64,000 nt of DNA, from NCBI RefSeq assembly GCF_023055435.1, contig NW_025964223.1, positions 11,780,001 through 11,844,000 on the forward strand, given 5' to 3'. A program made the position numbers and the translations under genes. The notes below the pieces were generated by a model, which saw only the letters and a program-made list of their open reading frames with translations, was not told where the DNA came from and searched no databases. Positions 52,800 to 64,000 of this stretch are shown piece by piece (positions within the stretch are counted from its first letter, which is position 1; each line of letters opens with the position of its first letter). Origin of the DNA: Haliotis rufescens (Eukaryota).

Positions 52800-54048
52800 G
52801 TGTTGTCAGCATCAACACTGGAACAACCTTCAATAAACACTCAAGTGTGGCCGTGTTGTGTTTGTATTCTTAAGGGACCATTAGTTGAACATTAGCACAT
52901 GTATTTAGTGTACAGCCTTCAATAAAAACTCAATTAACGCTTGACGAGGATTAATCACAATGAACCAATTAACTTTTCAGGCTTGGTGGGTCAGTGGAGT
53001 AGCCGAGTGGTTAATTCATTTGCTCATCACTGCTAAGTCCTGGGTTTAATTCCGCACATTGTAACAAAGAGAAGAATCTATTTTTTCCGTAACCTGCAAG
53101 AAGACTCGTCCCCCTATCGATGAATGTTATGTGCGAAAATACGTGAAACCAATGAGAATGCGCGTATGATTTCAAGTTCTTCGTCAAAGAATCCCTCAGA
53201 AATAATTTTTGATTTTACACATGTCTTGCATCTTAAAATATACCCAAGACACAGTTAAATGTGTTCAATCTTACTGTATAATTCCGCATGTCCCGATATG
53301 CTTTAAATTGCATCTGAAATATATATAATATATGGGGAAATATATGTGAACCATTACGCAACGAGTTGACAATTGTTTTAGGTATGCCCGTTTGCGCTAA
53401 GACGGAACCCGGTCGCACAAATGGCCATGAGAGGGGCACGAGTCGCTATTCGGCTTGTCCCGGAATAACACGAGTTTGTCACGATGAAGCAATTAGTCAT
53501 TGTTTTATTTGTAACTGTAATTATTTTCCTGATTTATGTACACACGATTGAATTATTTATTCATAGTAAAGCTAATGTCCACAGTGGTATGTTAAGCAAT
53601 AAGTCAATATTTGTCTCTGTAATTATATTTTTCTGATTTATGTACATACGATTGAATTATTTATTCATTGTAGAGATAACGTGATATATTTTACATAACT
53701 ATATCTTTCAACAATGCTTTTTAATATTTTCTAATTGAGCATGGGTTCAGTGGCAACTATCACAATTTACTGTACAGAGTTGCATCCATTAGTGGTACCA
53801 GGATCCGCTGCTTGTGGGTTTGAATCTCTTCATTTATTATAAGGTGTGAGCCCTATTTGAAAGAAATAGTTATCCCCTCCCCCAAAAAACCACCCACACG
53901 TGATAAAGTCTGACCCCCACCACACACGCCTTAGCCGCTCCCCCCCCCCCCCCCCTCCCAACCACACACGCCTTACACCCCTCCCAACCACACACGCCTT
54001 ACACCCCTCCCAACCACACACGCCTTACACCCCTCCCAACCACACAGG

Positions 54049-54299
54049 ACCGCCTCCGTGGTCTAATGGTAGAGCGGAAGGTCCGGGGTTCGATCCCCAG
54101 CCGCGTCATACCAAAAGACGTTAAAATATTGTACTTGTTGTTACCCTGTCTGGCGCTCGGCATTGAGGGGCTAAAACAAGGACTGGTCGGCTCGGAGTCA
54201 GTATACTGTGTCTGAGTGGGGTATTCATGTTAAACTGCGGCATGGTATCTCAGTGTGCTAGCACTATAAATCGGCATCACTCCGGACTAGTACAAGCAG

Positions 54300-54341
<42 letters not shown>

Positions 54342-54403
54342 ATGCATGTCGCTATATAAGTGCAATAAACTTGGACGCGACGTTAAACCCCATTTCACCT
54401 AAC
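54049..54403 (+). mobile_element. tRNA-headed SINE with Meta/Deu-like central domain (family A); other copies at about 1852-2219(-), 8770-9060, 14395-14660, 62483-62712
   Basis: A box TGGTCTAATGG, B box GGTTCGATCCC, core GTCATACCAAAAGAC...TGTTACCCTG, internal (CA)n, tail GCGACGTTAAACCCC. Flanked by CCAACCACACA direct repeats. Confidence 0.85.
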
Positions 54404-56006
54404 CCAACCACACACGCCTTATCCGCATCGATTTGCAACCCCGGTATCGAGAAACATACTGTACATTACGTTACAAGTTATATTGGCGTGCAATAACGCG
54501 AATAATAACAGAAACTATTGATACAACAGCTTGTGCCGATTCTCTGGTATTTCCCGGTTGGCTTCAAACAGCATAACATCAAAGTGCCCTCAGCCATACA
54601 GGATTCTGCCCTAGATTATCCCATCTTCGAAACAAACGAGACTAATGTGTGACTCGTTAATTATTACATGGGCGCATGTGTCATTATTTTTAAGATACGC
54701 GGGTCAGGATTGTTGTAATTTCTGAGCTATTACTGTGATACAGATACGAATGTAATAATCAGTCTGTCAAGACATTATAAATAACTGCTGCGAAGAAGTG
54801 ATGTCCTAAGTTCAATTTTGAAACAGTCATACACATTTTGACGTCATTGCACTAACCTATGTGGTAAGTTCACATATGTGAACATGTGCTGTGGTGTCCA
54901 TATGCGTATCATCAACCCAATAGCTAATAACTACGAGTATCATACTGTGTTGTGTGTGACAACAATACACAATTATTGCAGGTCAAGTCGGTCTTGTCTG
55001 ATAATAAAACTCAGCGATTTGCCTGATATAATCGCCACAATTGTTGTCCGGGATTGACTATTGTAGGGTCACAATAGGCAGTTTCACGGGTAGTCGGCTT
55101 CAGTTAACGACCATTGTGTTGCGCAGTTAATAATACGGCGATAACAAGTGTAGACGCCAATCCAGGTAGTCATGTAACAAACAGTTTTCTGACTCGTTAG
55201 CCCATGACGCCTCATTAGCCCTTGTCGCCTTGGACAACAGTGCTTCTTTATCTGAGCTTGGCATCACGGGTGGCCCAGTCGTCTAAGGCGCCGCGATTCG
55301 CTGTGCAGAGTTGCGTCCTTTGGGCACGCCAGGAACTTATGATTGTGGGTTCGAATCCCGGTTCGCCCCGATTATGTTTCTAGGTTTGTCAGCACCATAC
55401 CCGTGCTCGTGGGTTTCACAGAAAGTGTAAACGTCTGAGATCTGCATCACTTCGGGCTTTCCTCCCACATTAAACTGACACGCTGCAATATAACTGGAAT
55501 ACTGTTAACATCGGCGTTAAACCACTCGCTCACTCATCTGAGCTATGTTAAAGAGGCAACTTTAAGTAAGTCTTTATAATTGAGTCCCGAAAATGCTGTA
55601 AAGTCTTTTCCCAGGTCCCTCTACTACCCCCCCCCCCCCCCCCCCACCCCCACCCCACCCCACAAACACGCACACGCACACGCACACGCACACGCACACA
55701 CCATCTATTTTTAATGACGAATACTCACATCTTTGTTGTGCAAAAGCTATCTTAAAAATAGAAATTGTGATAGCATTTAATGTTAAACTTTACATGTATG
55801 ATTTTCTTGTAAGCTGTCATGCCAGTTCTGTTCAGTATATTACTTTATTTTTCTTCATTCCAGAAACTCAATGCGTGATAAATGTATCCTTTATTAACAA
55901 TTGTTTGTTATTTACAATTATTTACAATTGACTTGCCTTTGCATGTGTTTGTGACGGGTGCCACCGGTGAGGCAGAATACGCTCACATTTTCGCGAACAC
56001 ATGATG

Positions 56007-57272
56007 CGAGGGCTGGTTGAAAAGTTCTAAGCCTAACTGTGAAAGACCCGTACCCAGTCGATGTTTTTATTTATTTCTCCACATAGTCCCCTTCCAGGTT
56101 TACACACTTTTGCCAGCGATGCTGCAAGGCCTGGATGCCGGTCAAGAAGAAATTTTCTTCAGCCACCCTAAAAGAGTCATTCACAGCGGAAATGACGTCA
56201 TCACTACTAGGAGAATGGCGACCGGCTAGTTCCTTTTTCATTTTGGGAAACAGGTGAAAGTCTGACGGGGCCAAATCGGGCGAATAAGGGGATGGTCAAT
56301 GAGTTCGAAGCCACAATCATGGATCGCTGACATGGCAACAACCGATTTGTGAACAGGAGCATTGTCTTGGTGGAACAGGAGCATTCCCCGTCGCTTAGCT
56401 TGATAGCTTCACGCAACTGTCTCAGTAGGTCAGCATATTATCTTCCATTGATAGTCTGGCCTTTTTCAAGATAGTCAATCAGCAGAATACCCTTGGAATC
56501 CCAAAAGACTGAAGCCATCACTTTTCCAGCAGAAGGAACCGACTTGGCTTTTTGAGGGGCTGGTGATTCCGGATGCTTCCATTGTTTAGACTGAATTTTG
56601 GTTTCTGGTTGAAAGTGATGAATCCAGGTCTCATCCAGGTTACAAATCGGGCCAAAAATCATCGGGATCTGCTTCAAAACGGCATACATTGTCACGGGAC
56701 GTCAGGAATCTGACACGTTTCTGATCCGCTGTCAAGAGCTTTTGCACCCATCTTGCAGAAACTTTTGTCATTCCCAACTCGTTGGTGATAATGTGCTCAA
56801 CCCTCTCATGAGAGATGCCCACAACACTGGCAATATGTCGAGTGGTCAATCGTCGATCAGCCATCACCATGTCATGCACCCGGGTAATGTTTTCCGGAAT
56901 GGTTGCTGTTGAAGGCCTTCCTGGACGCGGGTGCATCGTCAAGGCTCTCTCTGCCACGCTTGAATTCCGCAGCCCACTTCTTTACAGTGGAAAAGGAAGG
57001 GGCATCATCCCCTAAAGTGGAGACCATGTCAGCATGTATCTGTGTTGGAGTTGCAGGTACTTGATGACTGCCCTATAGCCAGTTTTGTCCATTTCTGGTG
57101 ATTTCAATGGGTAGGTTCACAAGATGGCCTTGTTCCAAAGACAGTAATAACACTATAGTTGCAGTTCTTATGTCTATGATTCATTAAATGATTGTACTTG
57201 TTGGTGGCAAAAGTTTGTCTCAATCCGATGGAGATATCCCACTTAGGCTTAGAACTTTTCAGCCAGCCCTCG
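56007..57272 (-). mobile_element. Mariner (DD34D-type) DNA transposon, full length (about 1.27 kb), transposase frameshifted
   Basis: About 30-bp TIRs CGAGGGCTGG(T/C)TGAAAAGTTCTAAGCCTAA, with TA at 57273-57274 and TG at 56005-56006. Transposase motifs ARWVQKLL, DETWIHHF, VFWDSKG and YSPDLAPSDFHLF lie in several frames; start near 57092. Confidence 0.95.
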
Positions 57273-60227
57273 TATCATCACTGTTAATGTTTCATAAACA
57301 CTGCTCGTGATATAGCCGGAATCGTACAATCGACTCTTTTGGCAGAGACTTCTTATGAATATAGAAGGGTTTTGTGGCTTATAGTTACAATGTGATGTGA
57401 TGATATATAAGTTTCATCCATGATAATTATCTTTGGCGTTTTGATCGGTTAAATCATACATTTATTTAGAGATTTGCATGATATGAATTTGCGTTGGTAA
57501 TTCCAATGCAAACTTCAAAGATATGATTTGAAGTCCACATTGCTGTCACTGTGTGTTAGCAACAAGCACGTGCTTCATTGTTATCATCGACACGACCAGA
57601 GAACAATGAATTTCTGCATCAAGGACCGACATGACCTGTGAGTTGAAGTAATATAACAATGCAGACGTGTGGGGGTAATTGGCAACCTGATTGTCATATA
57701 GAATATTTCACCAAGCAACAGAGCCAAACACCTCTCATGCTGGCTTTACATTAAGTAACGGGATATATGTAATGTATAACACTCCACGTGACTAATACAA
57801 CATGTAAGAATAAATTTAGCATTGTCGAGTCTGCGCAGATCCAGCCTGTCAGCGCAATATCGATTACCTGATCTGGTGTCTCGCCAGCGCAAACCTCCCG
57901 ATTGCGTAGTCCTTATCTGTTTGGTGCCATGACTGGTGCCATGAGATATACTTTTCCAAGCAGGGACTGTGTCTAGTGTCATGTATCGAAAATAAGACAG
58001 CAAAAGACGGTTTATTATGACAGTGCTGCCGCCCCACTTGGCCAGACACGCTTGTGCCAGGATCCCGCTGTGGAGGCGAGGATAGACTGGATTTACTTAC
58101 AACGACCGACACGCATGGTAAGCATGAGGAGGGTTAACCAGTCATTGTACTACTTAAACCAGACCAGTATTGACCCTAGTGTGTCAAAATGTATTCATTT
58201 CGCTCATTAATAGAAAACGCAATTTCTCTCATCATTCCCACTCATTATGTAACATTAGCAGTTTTTTCAAAAGCTTATACTCTCAAACAGGTAGGACTAT
58301 CTGTTTTGTGGAGGAATCATTTAACCCTTCATATGGTATCGTTTCAAAAACATCCATATCCGTGTATTCCTACAATAGCATGTCTGTCTCACACGGATGA
58401 ACGAGTCCTGAATCAATCAATCACGTGGCAAGTCAATATCACGCACGTGTGGGCATGGATGTGGGTCAAATCATTGTAGCGCATGAGTCGCTTCGTTGGT
58501 TACAATGACGTAAATCAATTTCAGTAGATAGCTGCAACTTAACAACGATCTTCTAATGATTGGTCTTGGTTGGTTGGTTTGTTGTTTAACGCCGCACTCA
58601 GCAATATTCTGGCTACATGACAGCGGTCTGTAAATAATCGAGTCTGGACCAGACAATCCAGTGATTAATATCACGAGCATCGATCCACGCAATTGAGATC
58701 GATGACATGCATCAACCAAGTCAGTGAGCCTGACTACCCGATCCCGCTAGTCGCCTCCTACGACAAGCATCGTCGCCTTTTACGGCAAGCATGGGTTGCT
58801 AAAGACCTATTCTACCCCGGATCTACTCGGGTCTTTCTTCTAATGAACAAATCCGCTTTACCTGTTCAGGGAGTATCAGGACGAATAAGGGACAGGCTAT
58901 TTATCACGGGTGGGTGGGTCAGAGGTTTGTGATGCACTCCTGTGCTAGAAAATAATAACGCCTCCCCTCTCCCCCCTGCATGTCATATTTTGGGTGACCC
59001 ACACCATGTCCTTGTGCAGTTATTTCATGACCCTTCCTGAAAAAAATTTTAAAAAATGCAAAAGCACTTTATTTTTAATTAGAAATTGTCCATGTTACCA
59101 TGGTTCTCCTTTATTATGTGTATGTGTTTTATGACCCTCCTCTAGAGACAGCCATATTTTTGGTGACCCTCCCCTGATTTCTTCTGATCCACCCCTAACC
59201 TCAACCCTGACCCTCATCGTAAGGGTCGCTCAACATCGTCGACATTAATCCTTGTTTTGCATAAGAAGTAGTGAACAGACATGATTAAAAGAAGGTATAA
59301 ATATTTAACTGCTTGTGTAACTCTGTGCGAGAGGGCGTTGTCAGCTACACGTTACATATTTCATGAGTTTAGCCCCTCTACTAACGTAAAGTCGAATAAC
59401 TGTACTGTGGATCCTTCACGCACACAGCTGCGTTGATGTTGTTTAACGCGGGACTCACGAATATTCCAGTAAATACTCGATTCTAGACCAGACAGTCCAG
59501 TGATTGATATTATGAGCAACACTCCACGTTGGGATCGACGGCACGCTGTCGACCAAGCCACCAAGCCTGACCACTCCATTTAGTCGCCTCTTACGACAAG
59601 CATAATGTGCTGGAGTTAAATTCTAAGCCGGATAAACGTAACATCCGCCTATTGATAAGATATAAGTCACAGTAAGTTACACAGTTCTTACCAATATTCC
59701 ATATCACGACAGGGGGACACCAGAATCAGTACCAATATCATTACCAATTAGCAATTTGGACTGTGAAGATAGAATAGGTCTTCAGCAACCCATGCTTGCC
59801 ATAAAAGGCGACTATGCTTGTCATAAGGGGCGACTAACGGGATCGGGTGGTCAGGCTCGCTGACTTGGTTGGTCCATGTCATCGTATCCCAATAGCTTGG
59901 ATCGATGCTCATCATGTCAATCCCTGGATTGTCTGGTCCAGACTCGATTATATTCAGACAGTCATCATATAGATGGAATATTGCTGAGTGCGGCGTTAAA
60001 CAACAAACCAACCAACCAACCCAGTATGAAATAGCTTGCTGTCCTTACCAAGTGTTGAGCAGTATATATATACGTGTGACATAACTGTGTGGTGTCTGAA
60101 GTACGTGTAATTTCATAGTAAACACTGTGCAATGTGTTGGTAATTTGGACATCAGACTTCAAACGTGTTGTATGTGCAGGAAGTGATGGAATAGATCGGC
60201 ATTTATCTCACCCGAGTGCGGCGTTAT

Positions 60228-60260
<33 letters not shown>

Positions 60261-60591
60261 CATCATTAGCAATTTGTTAACCTTGCAAGCTATTTGACAG
60301 AAACACATTGTCAATCACTTTCCATGACAGCAAGTTTACGACATTTAGAAACGACAAACGGTCGGGACTCTGATGCACGACAATAAACCAATAATGAACA
60401 AGCCAGCTCCTGATGGGCAGAGCACCGACTTGAGGCTACATTCAAATATGTCTCCTGCAGTATTAGACTAATATGCCATGCGTTTGTGTTAATTTACAAT
60501 GCACCTGCGATATTCTACGTATGATACTATTGGTATATCCGAATGTATCGTTGTTATTTGTTCCAGATACTTCCAAAAGAGTACTACCAAT

Positions 60592-63500
60592 ATGTCTTGT
60601 TCTGTAAACGCCTGCTTTGAGACTGTGTCCGGATTCTTCCAGAGGATTTTCAAAAAGATTGGTACTTTTATCGGAACGTATCCCGTGGCTCTCATTATCG
60701 GATCTGTCATTGTGGCAATTGGTCTTAGTTTTGGCATGCTTACGTTATCCAACGAGACTGACACAGAGACACTGTACACGCCCATTAACAGCAGAGCATC
60801 ACAAGACAGAGTTCAGTACCAGGCCACGTTCCCAGACGCCACAGGAAGCAACTACCGCGGATATGCACTTACGGCTCTTGACATGTATGGCCGATTGTTG
60901 ATAAGCAGCACGACAGGTGGGAACGTGTTCACTAATGCTACTGTTGAAGAAATACGAACCCAAATAAATGAAGTCAAAAGTATTAATGCAACCTATGACA
61001 ATGTAGTGTTTACTTACAGCGATATCTGTGCTCGGCAGGACGGTAGTTGCTATGTTTCAGGGGAGTTTCTCACAACAGATGCTGTGTATAATGTGTATCT
61101 GTCTGGTGGAATCACCTACCCAAACTGGAATAACATAGACATATCAGCATTTCTTGGACAGGTTGATTCGACAGGTGGAAAACTGGTGTCTGCAAAGTAC
61201 CTGAGTATTACGTTTGATTTACGAATGGACTCAGGGGTTAACAAGGCAAAAGCAAGAGCATGGGAAGAAGCGTTCCTGAAGAGAGTAGCAAGTTTAAACA
61301 CAACATCAACAAGGATAAACTATGCTGCCTCCCATTCGCTGGACACAGAGCTAAACAAAAACACAAACGGAGACATCGTGTTCTTCTCTATAACCTTCAC
61401 GTTGATGATCACGTATGCCACTGTCGTCGCCGGCGGTGATGTGGTGTCATCGAGGACGTGGGCATCATGGGCTGGCGTTCTTGCTGCTGGATTTGGCATA
61501 TTGTCTTCATTTGGACTTGTCAGCCTTTGTGGTGTCAAGTTCGTCAACATCGTTGGCGTGACACCATTCTTAGTCATAGGTATGTTTTAGACTACACCAG
61601 AACGGGCATAATATGCAAACCCCTTAAGTGACATTGCACAAGATGGTTTAATAATCCTTAATATCATTATCAAGTAGAATTTGCAATAGACTGTCCTTGG
61701 ATATTGAGATGATACTTGTTCCCCGTCAGTTAATATATATATCTCACCGACTGGCAAGACAGTTGATGTCTTCACTAGTGGCGCATGAAAATGTTAGCTG
61801 ATTAATATTATTATCATTCAATCAAAGTGAAAGTAGTTCCGACAAGAATTCGTATTTTATTCGAGCGAAATATACATTTTAATATATTGGATTTATTTTA
61901 ATACACTTGAACTCCGAATGTTCATTCACAAGTCATTACTCCAATCCTCTTGTTGATGAAGGTATCGGTGTGGACGACATGTTCCTGTTGATGTCCAGCT
62001 GGGCGGAGACCTACCCTTACCGAGACAAGTCCGTCGCCGAAAGGATGGGAATGACCTTTGCCTCAGCGGGTATCGGTATCACCATCACGTCTCTCACTGA
62101 TCTCCTGGCCTTCTTAACTGGCGTGTCATCTGTGTTTCTCAGTGTGAGGAACTTCTGTGTATACACAGGTTAGTATGGTGTATATCAGCCCCAAACCAGT
62201 TACACCTACCTGGCTTCAGTTAAGATGTCAATTACCATCAATTCAAATTTTCAGAATGACACCATTCTCTGCTTTTGTCTCTACGTTGTCCGGTAAATCA
62301 GTACTTTATACAATCAGTACAATTGTTATCTCCATAGGGGGCATGGGTGGCCCAGTCGTCTAAGGCGCCGCGATTCTCTGTGCAGAGTTGCGTCCCTTGG
62401 GTACACCAGAAACCTATTATTGTGGGTTCGAATCCCAGTTCTTTTTACAGTTCGCACGTGCTGGCCAGTTTGCAATCTTTTACCGCCTCCGTGGTCTTGT
62501 GGATAGAGCATCTGCTTGGACATAAGAATGGCGCTCGGCAATAAGGGGATACAAAAATGCCTGGGTTATCCATGTTAAGCTGTGGCATGGTATCTCTATG
62601 AAACTGGCATAAGCACTAGGTAGTACAAACAACCGAACACACACGTGCAGGCACGTCACCATGTAAGTGAAACAGTCTTTAACCTAACGTAAAACCCCAT
62701 TTCACCTCACCAACCGGTCTATTTCGTGTTCCTTTAATAACTCATATAGCGTTCATATTCGTTGTACCTATATTCTTCTCATTCACAGGAGTGGCCGTCA
62801 TCTTCTGCTACCTGTACCAGTGCCTCCTCTTCTCCCCCTGCCTCGCCATCCATGGCCGTCGGGTTGACAGTAACAAACACTGCATGACCTGCCTCAAAAC
62901 CAAATCCAGAGACGAACTCAGGAAAGATGGCGCCTCCACCTGCAGAGTGTTATGCTGTGGAGGCTCACCACCAACAGAGAGGGGTCAGGATGAACGATTC
63001 TTTGAGACACTGCCACGGAAGTACTTGCCACGAATGTTGCTGAATATGTGGGGGAAAATAGTTGTTATTTTATTATATATTGTTTACCTTGGTGTTTCCA
63101 TTTGGGGAACAATCAACTTTAAGGAAGGGTTGATTCTGAAGAATCTTGTTTCCTCAACCTCTTACTTTTACTCATACAGTGAAACGTATGACACATACTT
63201 CTCAGGTGCATTCCCAATCCCATTTGTCTTTGGGTCGACAACGGACTACACCAACACACAAACTTTAAATAACATTGATTCGCTAATACAGAATGCAAAG
63301 TCCGACAGTAGTGTTGATGCTGACTCCCTCATCTGCTGGTTACACAGCTACAGGAACGATTCAAGTTACGATGGCAGCAGCTCCCCGGCCTTTGTGTCGG
63401 GATTGAAAACATTCCTTGCAGCAAATACAGTGTATGAGAACGATGTTGCTTTGGACTCTAGCAACAGTTCTATTACTGCATCTAGGTGCTACCTTTTCTC

Positions 63501-64000
63501 AACTAAAATCAAGGACTCCAATGCCCAAGCTGATGTTATGGTTCGAATGCGAGCTCTGGCAGACAACTCACCTCTCTCTGTCTACACCTTCTACCCATCC
63601 TACATCTTCTTTGAGCAGTATGTTGCCATCCTTCCCAATACACTACAAACTGTGGGTCTGGCACTGGTCGTCATGACTGTGGTCACCTGTATCTTCCTTC
63701 CTCATCCTCTTCTGGTTTTCCTTGTGGTCCTGAACGTCGTTTCTATCCTCGTTGGCATCTTCGGGTTCCTTTATATCTGGGGACTGAGTCTCAGCTCAGT
63801 GACAATGATCCATCTCATCATGTCTGTCGGCTTCTCGGTGGACTTCAGCGTGCACGTGTGCTCTGCCTATATGATTGGAAAGGGAAGTAACAGGAGAGAG
63901 AAAACCGAATCTGCCATTGTCCATGCAGCTGGTCCCATATTAAACGGTGGACTGTCATCCTTTCTGGGCATTCTTGTGCTGGTGTTCTCAAAGTCCTACA
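60592..64000 (+). CDS. PTCHD3: Patched domain-containing protein (PTCHD3/PTR-like), copy B; exons 60592-61579, 61962-62168, 62789->64000 (runs off the window)
   Basis: Same exon structure and phases as copy A, with acceptor TTCCAG at 60566, the GIGVDDMF junction and the GFSVDFSVH motif. The last exon stays open to the window end. Confidence 0.92.

Overview
Eukaryotic, intron-containing, repeat-rich animal DNA. The SINE repertoire (Meta/Deu-type, V-type and tRNA-headed SINEs with I/Nimb-like 3' tails) points to a mollusc, probably a gastropod such as abalone (inference). Genes: (1) two same-strand patched domain-containing (PTCHD3/PTR-like, RND/sterol-sensing) paralogues about 46 kb apart. Copy A is complete (14769-17973, 3 coding exons, about 881 aa); copy B (60592-64000) runs off the window end. 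(2) A fragmented, KS-less type I polyketide synthase remnant (AT-DH-...-KR-ACP) on the minus strand at 30297-34517. (3) A spliced FBXO3-like gene (F-box, SMI1/KNR4, ApaG) at 37015-50278 with one homopolymer frameshift and no convincing first exon. The rest is mobile DNA and tandem repeats: a 5'-truncated RNase H-bearing LINE followed by a second RNase H-like frame, Penelope-like fragments with hammerhead-like motifs, a full-length but broken mariner, Tc1 and other DNA-transposon remnants, MITEs, at least four SINE-like families and several minisatellites. Best leads: the PTCHD-PKS-PTCHD neighbourhood, patchy gene conversion between the PTCHD paralogues, the double-RNase H LINE, tandem repeats that multiply splice donors and acceptors, a covarying 3' stem-loop shared by the LINE and SINEs, and ribozyme-like RNA motifs. 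All calls were made by eye, without searches.
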